From Cereibacter sphaeroides 2.4.1 (GTDB lineage Bacteria > Pseudomonadota > Alphaproteobacteria > Rhodobacterales > Rhodobacteraceae), in NCBI RefSeq assembly GCF_000012905.2, contig NC_007493.2, forward strand, positions 2,040,001 to 2,072,000: 32,000 bases of DNA, given 5' to 3'. This document shows positions 23,957 to 32,000 of this stretch, piece by piece. The translations under genes and the position numbers were made by a program. The notes under the pieces were generated by a model. It was not told the DNA's origin. It saw only the letters and a program-made list of their open reading frames with translations, and made no database searches. Position 1 is the stretch's first letter, and each line of letters begins with the position of its first letter.

Positions 23957-24628
23957 TCAGGGCATCGGGGCGGCGAGGGGCGAGAGGGTGCGCCCTGCCC
24001 CCGTACCGGCCACCGCTTCGGGCGGGGCGAAGCCGAGGCTGGCCGCGCCGATGGGCCGCAGCGCCTCCTCCGTGCCGTTGCGCGTGCAGTTGCGCAGCAT
24101 CACGTCCAGCGCCTCGATCCGCGCCGGAACCGGCCGGGCCGTGGGCGGCATCCGGCGCATGGCCAGAACGCAGACCGTGTCCACGCCAAGCCGCTCCTCG
24201 GCAAAGACCACGGTGCCGAGCACATCCTCGCGCGTGCTGAGAGCGCTGTCGCTCACCCGGCCGAAGGGCTTGGGCAGCGCGCCATCGGCATCGGCGAAGC
24301 TCTGCAGCTGGAGCCGCTCGAGAATCGGTCCGCCCGGCGCCCGGCCTCGCAAGATGATCATATTGTCGCCTTCGAGCGTCGTGGCGTTCGGCAGCGCGAT
24401 CCGCTGCTCGAGGTCGCCGCCCAGATCCCGCTCCTGCACGAGGAGCGCCCCGGGCACGGCGACCCAGGCCCGGCTGGCGGGGACGGTGCGGAACTGCGCC
24501 GTCTCCTCGCGGATCGAGAGCGCGGGCCTGCCGGGAATGGAGGTCGACTCGCAGGCCAGAAGCAGCAGAAGCGCCGCCAGCGGAAGGCCGGGCCTTAGCC
24601 GGGCGTACCATTTCGATGCCTGTGTCAT
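23957..24628 (-). CDS. Lipoprotein encoded immediately upstream of bcsA (BcsN-like), 223 aa
   Basis: MTQASKWYARLRPGLPLAALLLLLACEST has a positively charged n-region, a hydrophobic core and lipobox LLAC. It lies 33 nt upstream of bcsA on the same strand. From memory, an alphaproteobacterial family called BcsN occupies this position; homology is not verified. Confidence 0.7.
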   Translation of the reverse strand: MTQASKWYARLRPGLPLAALLLLLACESTSIPGRPALSIREETAQFRTVPASRAWVAVPGALLVQERDLGGDLEQRIALPNATTLEGDNMIILRGRAPGGPILERLQLQSFADADGALPKPFGRVSDSALSTREDVLGTVVFAEERLGVDTVCVLAMRRMPPTARPVPARIEALDVMLRNCTRNGTEEALRPIGAASLGFAPPEAVAGTGAGRTLSPLAAPMP

Positions 24629-24770
24629 CCTCAGTCCGCCCGTGCCGATCCCGTCGAGGCCGCCCCCGCAGGCGCCGGCCGAAGCGACCTTCTATCCCAT
24701 CTCGCAGTCACGCAGGCCACACTTTCTCAAAGAGATATAAATTATCGATCCGCCACTGTTGCATCGGTGC

Positions 24771-24838
24771 ATACCAAAGGCGAAGCATCGCCAGGAATAC
24801 ATACCACACCTTACGCGTCCACTTACCAGTCTCCGCAA
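24771..24838. repeat. Three phased (A/T)TACCA hexamers in the bcs / PDE divergent intergenic region
   Basis: ATACCA at 24771-24776, ATACCA at 24801-24806 and TTACCA at 24833-24838. The spacings of 30 and 32 bp are about three helical turns. They lie within a locally AT-rich 380-bp divergent promoter region. Confidence 0.3.
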
Positions 24839-25011
24839 AAATGGCGAAGAGTAAGGCGAAATCGCGGTAGGCCTTGGGCTAAGCTCGTGCGCATACGCTG
24901 CGGCACGGCGATCGACCTTTCCCGTGTTCCGATTTGACAGCCCGTTCGGCTGTGCTCTAGGTTGAATGGAGGGTCAGGCCCTCCCGCTGGTAAAAAGACG
25001 AAGCCGATCGA

Positions 25012-27381
25012 ATGACGGGCAAGGGACAGGGTGGATCTTGGGTGCCGGGGGTCGTTTCCGCGACCGACCGCGGCAATTTCCATGCAAGCCCCACCACCGC
25101 CACGGTGCTTGACATCATCGGCCGCATCCTGCGCGCCCCGCTCTCTGCCACCGACACCGAGATCGAGACCGCCCTCGCGCAGGTGGCGGACGCCTGCAGC
25201 GCGGATGTCGCGCAGGTCTGCCGTGCGGGGACCACGGGCCCTCTCGAGCCGATCCACAGCTGGGTGCGTGACGGCCATATCGTCTTGAACATCCAAGACT
25301 TGTGCAAATTCTGCCCGGGGTCGGACCAGACCGGGCCCGTCATGCTGCGCGACCTGAAGGACCTTCCCGAGGGGCCGGCCCGCGATCGGCTCGCGGGGAT
25401 GGAGTTGCGGTCGCTCGTCGCGGTGCCGATGCTACGGCACGGGGTGCTGGCGGGCCGGGTGCTTCTGGGCTGGCAGACGGCGAGCAGCGACCTGCGCCCC
25501 GAGGATCTCGCCGCGCTGCAGTCCCTCGCCGAGGCCATGCATGCGGCCGCGGAGCGACGCGAAAGCGAGCGGCTCACGACGGAGGCGGCAGCGGCGCTGC
25601 AGGAGGACCGGCTTCTTCTCGAATCGATCCTGCGGACCAGCACCTCGGCCATCCTCGCCTTCGATGCCGATGCCCGCATCGTCTTCGCCAACGATGAGGC
25701 GGCGGCCCTCCTCGGAACGGACGCGAACCGTCTGCCGGGATGCACCCTCGAGGGCGTGGGCTGCCGCCTTCTGTCGCGCGAGGGCGAGCCCCTCCCGCCC
25801 GAGGCCCTGCCGGTCGCGCGCGCCATTGCTGAGGGGCAGACGCTCCGCGACCTGCACCATGTGCTGATGGCCGCCGACGGCCGACAGAGGATCCTGTCGA
25901 TCAACGCGGCCCCCGTGGCGGCCGGCGCGGCGACAGCGGTGCGCGTCGTCGCCACCATCGACGACGTGACCGGTCAGGTCTCGGCCGACAGCGCGCTGCG
26001 CACGGCGCTCGCCGAAGCGCATCAGCTCGCCTTCTTCGACCCTCTGACGGGGCTTTACAACCGCCGGGGCATCGTCGAGGTGCTGCGCGACTGCCTCCAG
26101 ACCTGCGCCCGCGAGAAGGCCTTCCTCTCGCTTCTCTATATCGATCTGGACGGGATGCGGCAGGTGAACGGCACCCGCGGGCACTGGCTGGGCGACCGGG
26201 TCCTGCAGGCGCTGGGCGCGCGGCTGGACAACCTGCGGCAGGACGGCGGCGACCTCGGCCGGATCTCGGCCGACGAATTCGTGCTGACCTGCGGCGAGAC
26301 CCATCCCGACGCCGCCGGCGCGGTCGCCGCCGCCGAGGCCGAGGCCCAGCGCATCCTCGAGTCGCTGCGGGAGCCGTTCGTGGTGGATGGCCTCACGCTC
26401 GAGGTCACCGCCTCGATCGGCCTTGCCGCCATTTCGGCCGAGGATTCGGTCGAGGGGCTGCTGAAGGGCGTCGATCTGGCCGTCATGGCCGCCAAGGCCG
26501 CGGGCGGCGACAGGGCCTGTGCCTACCGGGCCGACATGGAGCAGGACATGGTGGGTCGCGTGGCCCTCGCGCAGGAGTTGCGCGAGGCGATCCGCCGCGA
26601 CGAGTTCCGCATCTACTTCGAACCGATGGTCAGCCTCGGCGAGACCGGGCTCGAGATCGTGGGTCAGGAGGCGCTGATCCGCTGGGAGCATCCGCAGCGC
26701 GGGCTTCTGGCGCCCATCGCCTTCATCCCCTTCGCCGAGGAGACCGGCTTCATCCGCGACATCGACCGCTGGGTGCTGCGCGCGGCGGCACAGGAGCTCG
26801 CCCGCTGGGCCGAGGATCCCGCGCGCCGCCATCTCGGGGTCTCGATCAACATCAGCTCGGCGCAGTTCCTGTCCGAGGAGTTCGGCCAGATGGTGCGCGA
26901 GGTGCTGGACGAGACCGGCGTCGATCCCACCCGGATCGAGCTGGAGGTCACCGAGGGCACGCTCCTGTCCAATCTCGGCCTCGCGCGGACCACGATGATG
27001 GACCTGCGCTCGCTCGGCATCTCCATCGCGCTGGACGATTTCGGCACCGGCTTCTCCTCGCTCAGCTATCTGCGGGACCTGCCCGTGGACGTGTTGAAGA
27101 TCGACCGCAGCTTCTTGGGCGGCCTGTCGGACTCGAAGGCGAACCGGACCATCCTCGAAGGGATCATCGGACTTGCCTCGGGGCTCGGCGTGGCGCTGGT
27201 GGCCGAGGGGGTGGAGACGCCGGCGCAGTTCGCCTGGCTGCGGGCCAAGGGATGCCGGACCTTCCAGGGCTACCTCTTCGGCCGCCCGGTCGATGAGGCG
27301 CAGACGCAGCTCGCGCCCGAGGTGTCCGCGCTCGGCGGCCACGGAGGCGACCGTGCGGTTTCGGGCCAGATCAAGGGCTGA
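25012..27381 (+). CDS. GAF-PAS-GGDEF(degenerate)-EAL signalling protein, predicted c-di-GMP phosphodiesterase, 789 aa
   Basis: PAS region: EDRLLLESILRTSTSAILAFDADARIVFANDEAAALLG. The GGDEF site is degenerate (RISADEF). EAL catalytic set: QEALIRW, SINIS, ELEVTE, DDFGTGFSSLSYL, KIDRSF, EGVE, QGYLFGRP. Confidence 0.9.
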   Translation: MTGKGQGGSWVPGVVSATDRGNFHASPTTATVLDIIGRILRAPLSATDTEIETALAQVADACSADVAQVCRAGTTGPLEPIHSWVRDGHIVLNIQDLCKFCPGSDQTGPVMLRDLKDLPEGPARDRLAGMELRSLVAVPMLRHGVLAGRVLLGWQTASSDLRPEDLAALQSLAEAMHAAAERRESERLTTEAAAALQEDRLLLESILRTSTSAILAFDADARIVFANDEAAALLGTDANRLPGCTLEGVGCRLLSREGEPLPPEALPVARAIAEGQTLRDLHHVLMAADGRQRILSINAAPVAAGAATAVRVVATIDDVTGQVSADSALRTALAEAHQLAFFDPLTGLYNRRGIVEVLRDCLQTCAREKAFLSLLYIDLDGMRQVNGTRGHWLGDRVLQALGARLDNLRQDGGDLGRISADEFVLTCGETHPDAAGAVAAAEAEAQRILESLREPFVVDGLTLEVTASIGLAAISAEDSVEGLLKGVDLAVMAAKAAGGDRACAYRADMEQDMVGRVALAQELREAIRRDEFRIYFEPMVSLGETGLEIVGQEALIRWEHPQRGLLAPIAFIPFAEETGFIRDIDRWVLRAAAQELARWAEDPARRHLGVSINISSAQFLSEEFGQMVREVLDETGVDPTRIELEVTEGTLLSNLGLARTTMMDLRSLGISIALDDFGTGFSSLSYLRDLPVDVLKIDRSFLGGLSDSKANRTILEGIIGLASGLGVALVAEGVETPAQFAWLRAKGCRTFQGYLFGRPVDEAQTQLAPEVSALGGHGGDRAVSGQIKG

Positions 27382-27470
27382 CGACGGCACGACTGCCGGA
27401 CAAGGCGACGAGGGCGCGGGGGACCCGACGCTGGACACCGGGCGGAGAAGCGACCTCGGGCCCGGCTGTC

Positions 27471-28292
27471 TCAAGGTGCGGGCTGCGGCTCCTCGGCCTC
27501 CAGCGCCCAGCGGCCGGCGCCGCCGCGGAAGGTTCGGGTCTCGGCCAGACGAAATCCGCTCGCATCCTCCTGAGCGGTATGCCGTTCGATGTGGATACGG
27601 TCGGAGGCGACCTCCAGCAGGTTGAAATCATTGGGCTCGCCCCGGACCCGCGTCGACAGGCCCGTGCCCGCATGGACCTGAAGCACCACGCCCCGCCCCG
27701 CGACCTCGGCAAAGGGGGCCACCCGCCAGGTGTGCAGATGCCCCGAGAGGATCACGTCGGCACCGCAGTCGGCCAGTTCGTCGATGGCCCGCTCGGCGCC
27801 GCGCATCAGTTCCTTCGTATCCTCGGGCGTGTGCTCCATCGGGTGATGCACGACCACCACGCGCACCCGCCGCTCCTCGGCGGCGAAGCTCCGCCGGATC
27901 CGCGCGAGCGAGCGCGAGCGGAACCATCCCTGCTGCCAGGCCAGAGGATTGACCGTGTTGGCGCCCACCACGATCATCTCGTCATTCTCCCAGCAGGGCT
28001 CCAGATCGCGGCCGAACCAGCGGCGATAGCGCTTCCAGGGCTTCACGAGGCGGACGTAGAGATTGTGGAGCGGCACGTCGTGATTGCCGGGCACCACCAG
28101 CACCGGTGGCTTCAGCGCGGCCACGAAGGCCGCGGCCGCCCGGAACTGCGACTCGGTCGCGCGCTGGGTGAGATCGCCCGAGATCGCCACCAGATCCGGC
28201 TCGAGCCGGTTCACCGTCTCGACCAGCGGCCGGAGAAGCTCGGGCCGGTCCCGGCCGAAATGCAGGTCGGAAAGGTGCAGCAGTCGCTTCAT
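27471..28292 (-). CDS. Calcineurin-like metallophosphoesterase, 273 aa
   Basis: MKRLLHLSDLHFG, AISGDLT, VPGNHD, VVVHHP and SGHLH form the canonical metallophosphoesterase motif series. The start overlaps the upstream gene's stop by 4 nt (ATGA). Confidence 0.88.
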   Translation of the reverse strand: MKRLLHLSDLHFGRDRPELLRPLVETVNRLEPDLVAISGDLTQRATESQFRAAAAFVAALKPPVLVVPGNHDVPLHNLYVRLVKPWKRYRRWFGRDLEPCWENDEMIVVGANTVNPLAWQQGWFRSRSLARIRRSFAAEERRVRVVVVHHPMEHTPEDTKELMRGAERAIDELADCGADVILSGHLHTWRVAPFAEVAGRGVVLQVHAGTGLSTRVRGEPNDFNLLEVASDRIHIERHTAQEDASGFRLAETRTFRGGAGRWALEAEEPQPAP

Positions 28293-29206
28293 CGAACGTC
28301 GCGATCCCAGTGCTCGGGGACGGTGACCTCGATGGCGCCCTCGATGGCCTTGAGGTCGAACGGCGGCACCATGCGCTCGCGCTCGCCGTCGCGGGCAACG
28401 TGCCAGATCCGCCGGCGGCCCTGCGGCAGGTCGATCTCCACATGAGGCCCGCTCATCATCAGGTAGTTCTGATCCACGCTCGCATAGCCGAGCGCCAGCG
28501 CCGCCGCATTGCGGAACATGCCGAGGCGGCCCGTGTTCGGCGCGATGAAGACCACGAGATCGCCCGCGGCAATCCGGTCCGCCCCGTCGAGGTTCATCTG
28601 CTCGAGCTGGAAGGCGTTGTTGACCACGAAGACGAGCGGCGAGCGCACGAGCCGCTCCTCCCCTCCCGCGCGGACGCGCAGCTTCAGCGGGCGGCCCATG
28701 CGGGCCAGCACCTTCAGCACCGACCAGTAGGCCAGCGCGCGGCTGCGGCCCCAGCGCCTGTAGATCTCCTCGCGTGTTTCGAGGATCGCCGGGTAGACGC
28801 CGAGGCTCGCATTGTTCAGGAACAGCTGATCGTTGACGGTGGCCACGCGGATGGGCGCCGTGCGGCCCGCGCAGACCACCTCCACCGCCGGTTCGAGCTC
28901 CTGAGGCAGAAGCAGCGAGCGGGCAAAGTAGTTGAAGGTGCCGAGCGGCAGGATGCCCATGCGCTTGCCCGACCCCGCCATGGCGGCGGCCACGGCGCAG
29001 ATCGTTCCGTCGCCGCCCGCGGCCACCACCGTGCCGAAGCCCCGCTCGATCGCCTGACGCGCGGTGGCGGTCAGGCGGCTGCCGTCCTCGACGAGTTCCA
29101 GATGGACCGGAACATCGAGCGCGGCGAAGGCGGCCCGCACCCGCTCCGCATCCTCGCCCTTGCCCGACCCGGCATTCATCACCACGCAGATGTCAGGTTC
29201 AGGCAT
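28289..29206 (-). CDS. Diacylglycerol-kinase-fold lipid kinase (YegS/BmrU family), 305 aa
   Basis: ICVVMNAGSGKG and VVAAGGDGTICAVA (GGDGT) are DAGK catalytic-domain motifs. ATG 29206 has GGAG 7 nt upstream. Confidence 0.88.
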   Translation of the reverse strand: MPEPDICVVMNAGSGKGEDAERVRAAFAALDVPVHLELVEDGSRLTATARQAIERGFGTVVAAGGDGTICAVAAAMAGSGKRMGILPLGTFNYFARSLLLPQELEPAVEVVCAGRTAPIRVATVNDQLFLNNASLGVYPAILETREEIYRRWGRSRALAYWSVLKVLARMGRPLKLRVRAGGEERLVRSPLVFVVNNAFQLEQMNLDGADRIAAGDLVVFIAPNTGRLGMFRNAAALALGYASVDQNYLMMSGPHVEIDLPQGRRRIWHVARDGERERMVPPFDLKAIEGAIEVTVPEHWDRDVR

Positions 29207-29280
29207 TCATGTCTCCGAACTCGTGCCCCGCGGCGTCGTGCGCCGCCGGGCCAAACGTCGCCCGCCCCCGGCGGTTCCGC

Positions 29281-29850
29281 TCAGGCGGCGGCGCGTTCCG
29301 GCTCGAACACGTCGATGCGGAACAGCCGGTCGAAGTTGCAGGCGGTGAGCGGCCGACCGAGGGCCGCGGCCAGGGCGGCCTGCGGGCGGAACGCCTCGTC
29401 GGGACCCTCGAACAGAAGGCTGCGGAGGCAGAGGATGTCGGCCGAAGGCGCCACCTGGCGCAACCGCACCGCAAGCCGCTCGATCGCCTCGGCCGGCAGA
29501 TCCTGCAGCACCCCGTTCAGCACCACGAGATCGAACGGACCCTCGGGGATGTCCTCGGGCACCCGGCCCTGGCGGAATTCGGTCTGCGCATAGGGCGAGG
29601 GCATGAGGGACGCCTCATCCAGAGCATCGGCGTCCGCATCGAGGCCGACATAATGGTCGCAGCGTGCCGAAAGACCGCGCGCCAGCGCCCCCGACCCGCA
29701 CCCGAGCTCCAGCACACGCCGGTAGTGCTGACGCGGCAGGAACGCCAGCGCCTGACCCAGCATCCGCCGTTGCGGGAAACTGATCGCCGCGGTCGGATTT
29801 CCTGCGATATCGAGGCAGCGGTCCAGGGTCTGGGCCAAGGTGAGCGTCAT
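29281..29850 (-). CDS. Class I SAM-dependent methyltransferase, about 189 aa
   Basis: SAM motif I is VLELGCGSGALA, followed by an acidic post-I residue (YVGLDAD). I prefer ATG 29850 (MTLTLAQ..., GGAG about 10 nt upstream) over the track start at 29934. The start is uncertain. Confidence 0.75.
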   Translation of the reverse strand: MTLTLAQTLDRCLDIAGNPTAAISFPQRRMLGQALAFLPRQHYRRVLELGCGSGALARGLSARCDHYVGLDADADALDEASLMPSPYAQTEFRQGRVPEDIPEGPFDLVVLNGVLQDLPAEAIERLAVRLRQVAPSADILCLRSLLFEGPDEAFRPQAALAAALGRPLTACNFDRLFRIDVFEPERAAA

Positions 29851-30010
29851 GGTCTCTTCTCCGGTAATCATTGGCCTGCGCAATCGGTGCAGCGGCACGC
29901 CTTCAATCCTCGGCGAGAGGCTCCGTTCCACCAATTGACCGAAAGGACAGTCCTGTTGCCCTGAAGTCGCATGCTCCCTGAAAAGTTGTGCTTTTATTTC
30001 TCAGGGTTGA

Positions 30011-31033
30011 TTAATCCGCGCGGTCAGGACCTTGGGCCTTCGCCGGCCCTTCCTCAAGGTAATCATGCACATAGACCTCCCGCACCAGCGCGAGCGCCAG
30101 TGCCGCGAGGGGCGTGGCGAGCAGCAGACCCATCAGCCCGAACAGCACCCCCATCAGCAACTGCGCCGAGATGATGAGCGCGGGAGGCAGGGCGACCCTC
30201 TCCTTTTGGATGAGGGGCGTGACCAGATAGCTCTCGAAGGTCTGGACGGTCAGGAAGACCGCCAGCACCAGCCCGACCTGCTCTGCGCCCTCGGGCAGGG
30301 CGAGGAGCAACGCCGGCACCGCCGAGAGCACGGGGCCGATGTTCGGGATGAAGGTCAGGAGCGCCGCGATCAGTCCGAGGATGAAGGCCAGCGGAATCCC
30401 GATCAGCCAGAGCCCGAGCCAGGTCAGCACGCCCACCACGGTCATCGAGATGATCTGCCCGCCGAGCCAGCCGCGCAGCGTGCCATCGGCAATGGCCAGC
30501 ACCTCGTCTCCCCTTGGCCGCAGCGGCGGCGCGAGGAGCGCCCGCAGGCCCCGGCGGTAGAGCCCGGGATCCACCGCCGTATAGAGGCCGATGAAGAGGA
30601 TGATGACGACATTTCCCAGCGCGCCGAAGGTGGCGCTGACCGCGGTCGAGGCGAAGCCTCCGTCGCTGGACAGCAGCCGCGACGGCGCAAGCCGCGACAG
30701 AAGCGTAGGCCCCCAGCTGTAGGCGGAGATCCGGTCGCGCAGGTCCTCGAATGCGGGCGGAAGCTGGCGGGCGAGCGCATCGGCCTGCTCGAACATCGCC
30801 GGGGCGAAGGCGAGAAAGGCGCCCGTCAGGGCGAGAAGGACGAGGACGATGAAGAGGGCAATTCCCGCCCCCCTCTGCAGCCCGGTCACCCGCTGCACGA
30901 GGCCTCCGCCCGCCGAGAGGAACACGCCGAACAGGACACCCGCGAAGATCACGAGCAGCACGTCCGGCGCCACGAGGATCAGAAGCGCGAGCACGAGGGC
31001 CAGCACTGTAAGGGAAACCGTGCGCCTGCTCAT
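30011..31033 (-). CDS. AI-2E family transporter (PerM/YhhT, UPF0118), 340 aa
   Basis: Polytopic membrane protein with the family-typical segment GWLGGQIISMTVVGVLTWLGLWLIGIPLAFILGLIAALLTFIPNIGPVLSAVPALLLAL. Confidence 0.88.
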   Translation of the reverse strand: MSRRTVSLTVLALVLALLILVAPDVLLVIFAGVLFGVFLSAGGGLVQRVTGLQRGAGIALFIVLVLLALTGAFLAFAPAMFEQADALARQLPPAFEDLRDRISAYSWGPTLLSRLAPSRLLSSDGGFASTAVSATFGALGNVVIILFIGLYTAVDPGLYRRGLRALLAPPLRPRGDEVLAIADGTLRGWLGGQIISMTVVGVLTWLGLWLIGIPLAFILGLIAALLTFIPNIGPVLSAVPALLLALPEGAEQVGLVLAVFLTVQTFESYLVTPLIQKERVALPPALIISAQLLMGVLFGLMGLLLATPLAALALALVREVYVHDYLEEGPAKAQGPDRAD

Positions 31034-31222
31034 GCGTCCTCCGTCCGGGTTGCGGCGGAGGGGCCTCCGCTGGGCCTCAGGGAACGTGCGGGCGCCTGCC
31101 CTGTTCCGCCGGGCCTCTGCCGGCCGCGGTCCGGGGGAGATCGGGGCCGGACGGCGGAGGCACGCCCCACCGCGACCTGCCCTCCGCGGGACTTCGCTTT
31201 GCCCGCGGCGGCGGCGGCGCCC

Positions 31223-32000
31223 TCAGCGCTGGGGCAGGAGGTGGCGACGGCGCACGGTCTCCGGCCTCCCCGGCAGGCTCAGGCGCGCGTCGTTGCGCGC
31301 CTTCTCCGACACCACCTGCCCCTTCGCGATCACGCAGAGCCGGTCGGGCCGGAGCCGCAGCGCCTCGACAGGGTTGCCCGCGTCGAGCACCACGAGCGAG
31401 GCCACCGCCCCCTCCCGCAGCCCGTAGTCGAGGCCCATGATCCTGGCATTCTCGACCGTCACCATGTCGAAGCAGCGCCGCATCTCGTCGGGATGGGTCA
31501 TCTGCGCCACATGCAGCCCCATGAAGGCCACGTCGAGCATGTCGGCGGTGCCCAGCGAATACCACGGGTCGAGCACGCAATCCTGCCCCCAGCCCACCGT
31601 GATGCCCATGGCCTGCATCTCCTTGACCCGCGTGAGCCCGCGCCGCTTGGGGAAGCTGTCGTGGCGGCCCTGGAGGACGATGTTGATGAGCGGGTTCGGG
31701 ATGGCGGCGATCCCGGCCTCGGCGATCAGCGGCAGGAGCTTCGAGACATAGTAATTGTCCATCGAATGCATCGAGGTCAGGTGCCCCGCCGCGGCACGGC
31801 CCTGAAGCCCCGTGCGCAGCACCTCGGCGGCATAGGTCTCGATATGGCGGCTCAGCGGATCGTCGGTCTCGTCGCAGTGGAAATCGATCGGCAGCCCGCG
31901 GTCGGCCGCGATCTCGCAGAGGTCGCGCACCGAGGCCGCGCCGTCCGCCATGGTCCGCTCGAAATGCGGGATGCCCCCCACCACATCCACGCCCATGTCG
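31223..32000 (-). CDS. codA: Cytosine deaminase (amidohydrolase superfamily), C-terminal about 258 aa; N-terminus outside the window
   Basis: GGIPHFERT, IDFHCDETDDPLSRHIE, FPKRRGLTRVKEM, GQDCVLDPWYSLGTADML closely parallel E. coli CodA (GGIPHFEFT, HCDEIDDEQSR, YPKRRGITRVKEM, GHDDVFDPWYPLGTANML). The frame is open to the window edge. Confidence 0.85.
   Translation of the reverse strand, partial: DMGVDVVGGIPHFERTMADGAASVRDLCEIAADRGLPIDFHCDETDDPLSRHIETYAAEVLRTGLQGRAAAGHLTSMHSMDNYYVSKLLPLIAEAGIAAIPNPLINIVLQGRHDSFPKRRGLTRVKEMQAMGITVGWGQDCVLDPWYSLGTADMLDVAFMGLHVAQMTHPDEMRRCFDMVTVENARIMGLDYGLREGAVASLVVLDAGNPVEALRLRPDRLCVIAKGQVVSEKARNDARLSLPGRPETVRRRHLLPQR

Noticed and set aside
25432-27474. 680-aa minus-strand ORF antisense to the GGDEF-EAL gene
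   Set aside because: No motifs and Arg/Gly/Asp-rich. The plus-strand frame has complete PAS, GGDEF and EAL motif sets.
1-32000. Search for CRISPR arrays, tRNA/rRNA genes, IS elements or transposases, integrases, phage genes, toxin-antitoxin or restriction/defence genes
   Set aside because: I saw no direct-repeat/spacer arrays, no cloverleaf-like conserved tRNA segments, no transposase, integrase or DDE motifs in any frame, and no terminal inverted repeats flanking any block. The AT-rich patches all coincide with divergent or operon promoter regions rather than island boundaries.

Overview
The window is visibly GC-rich (estimated high 60s %, not computed) alphaproteobacterial chromosomal DNA. 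I recognise the translated PucB and PucA peptides. The 788-aa BcsA and 725-aa BcsB match the sizes I recall for the crystallised pair. Both points indicate Cereibacter (Rhodobacter) sphaeroides chromosome I; this identification is from memory, with no database search.

Gene order, left to right:
- an APH-type kinase and a class-III aminotransferase
- the LH2 operon pucBAC, with its PpsR operators and intercistronic stem-loops (pucB and pucA are too short to appear in the ORF track)
- an atypical LuxR-type regulator
- hemZ (HemN-family coproporphyrinogen dehydrogenase) with an FnrL-type box
- the minus-strand nitric-oxide reductase operon norCBQD, two micro-ORFs and nnrU
- a perfect NnrR box shared with a divergent small DUF1858-type Cys protein, then a DUF2087 protein
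- nnrR and nnrS
- a GAF-GGDEF cyclase
- the minus-strand cellulose synthase cluster: BcsN-like lipoprotein, bcsA, bcsB, GH8 bcsZ and a TPR protein
- a divergent GAF-PAS-GGDEF(degenerate)-EAL protein
- a methyltransferase / lipid kinase / metallophosphoesterase cluster
- an AI-2E transporter
- the 3' part of codA

I saw no tRNA, rRNA, CRISPR array, IS/transposase, integrase or defence-island signature. Most of the window is well-characterised core physiology, and I do not see a clearly novel multi-gene system.

The observations most worth a second look:
1. A reading-frame discontinuity between the GH8 endoglucanase and the TPR ORF in the bcs cluster.
2. Two translationally coupled micro-ORFs between norD and nnrU.
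3. A bidirectional NnrR-box region driving an uncharacterised small redox-type protein.
4. c-di-GMP enzymes bracketing the PilZ-containing BcsA.
5. A pseudo-receiver LuxR regulator with an unusually AT-rich, structured upstream region next to puc.

Many long Arg/Gly/Pro-rich ORFs in the track are antisense or off-frame artefacts of the GC content, and I rejected them.
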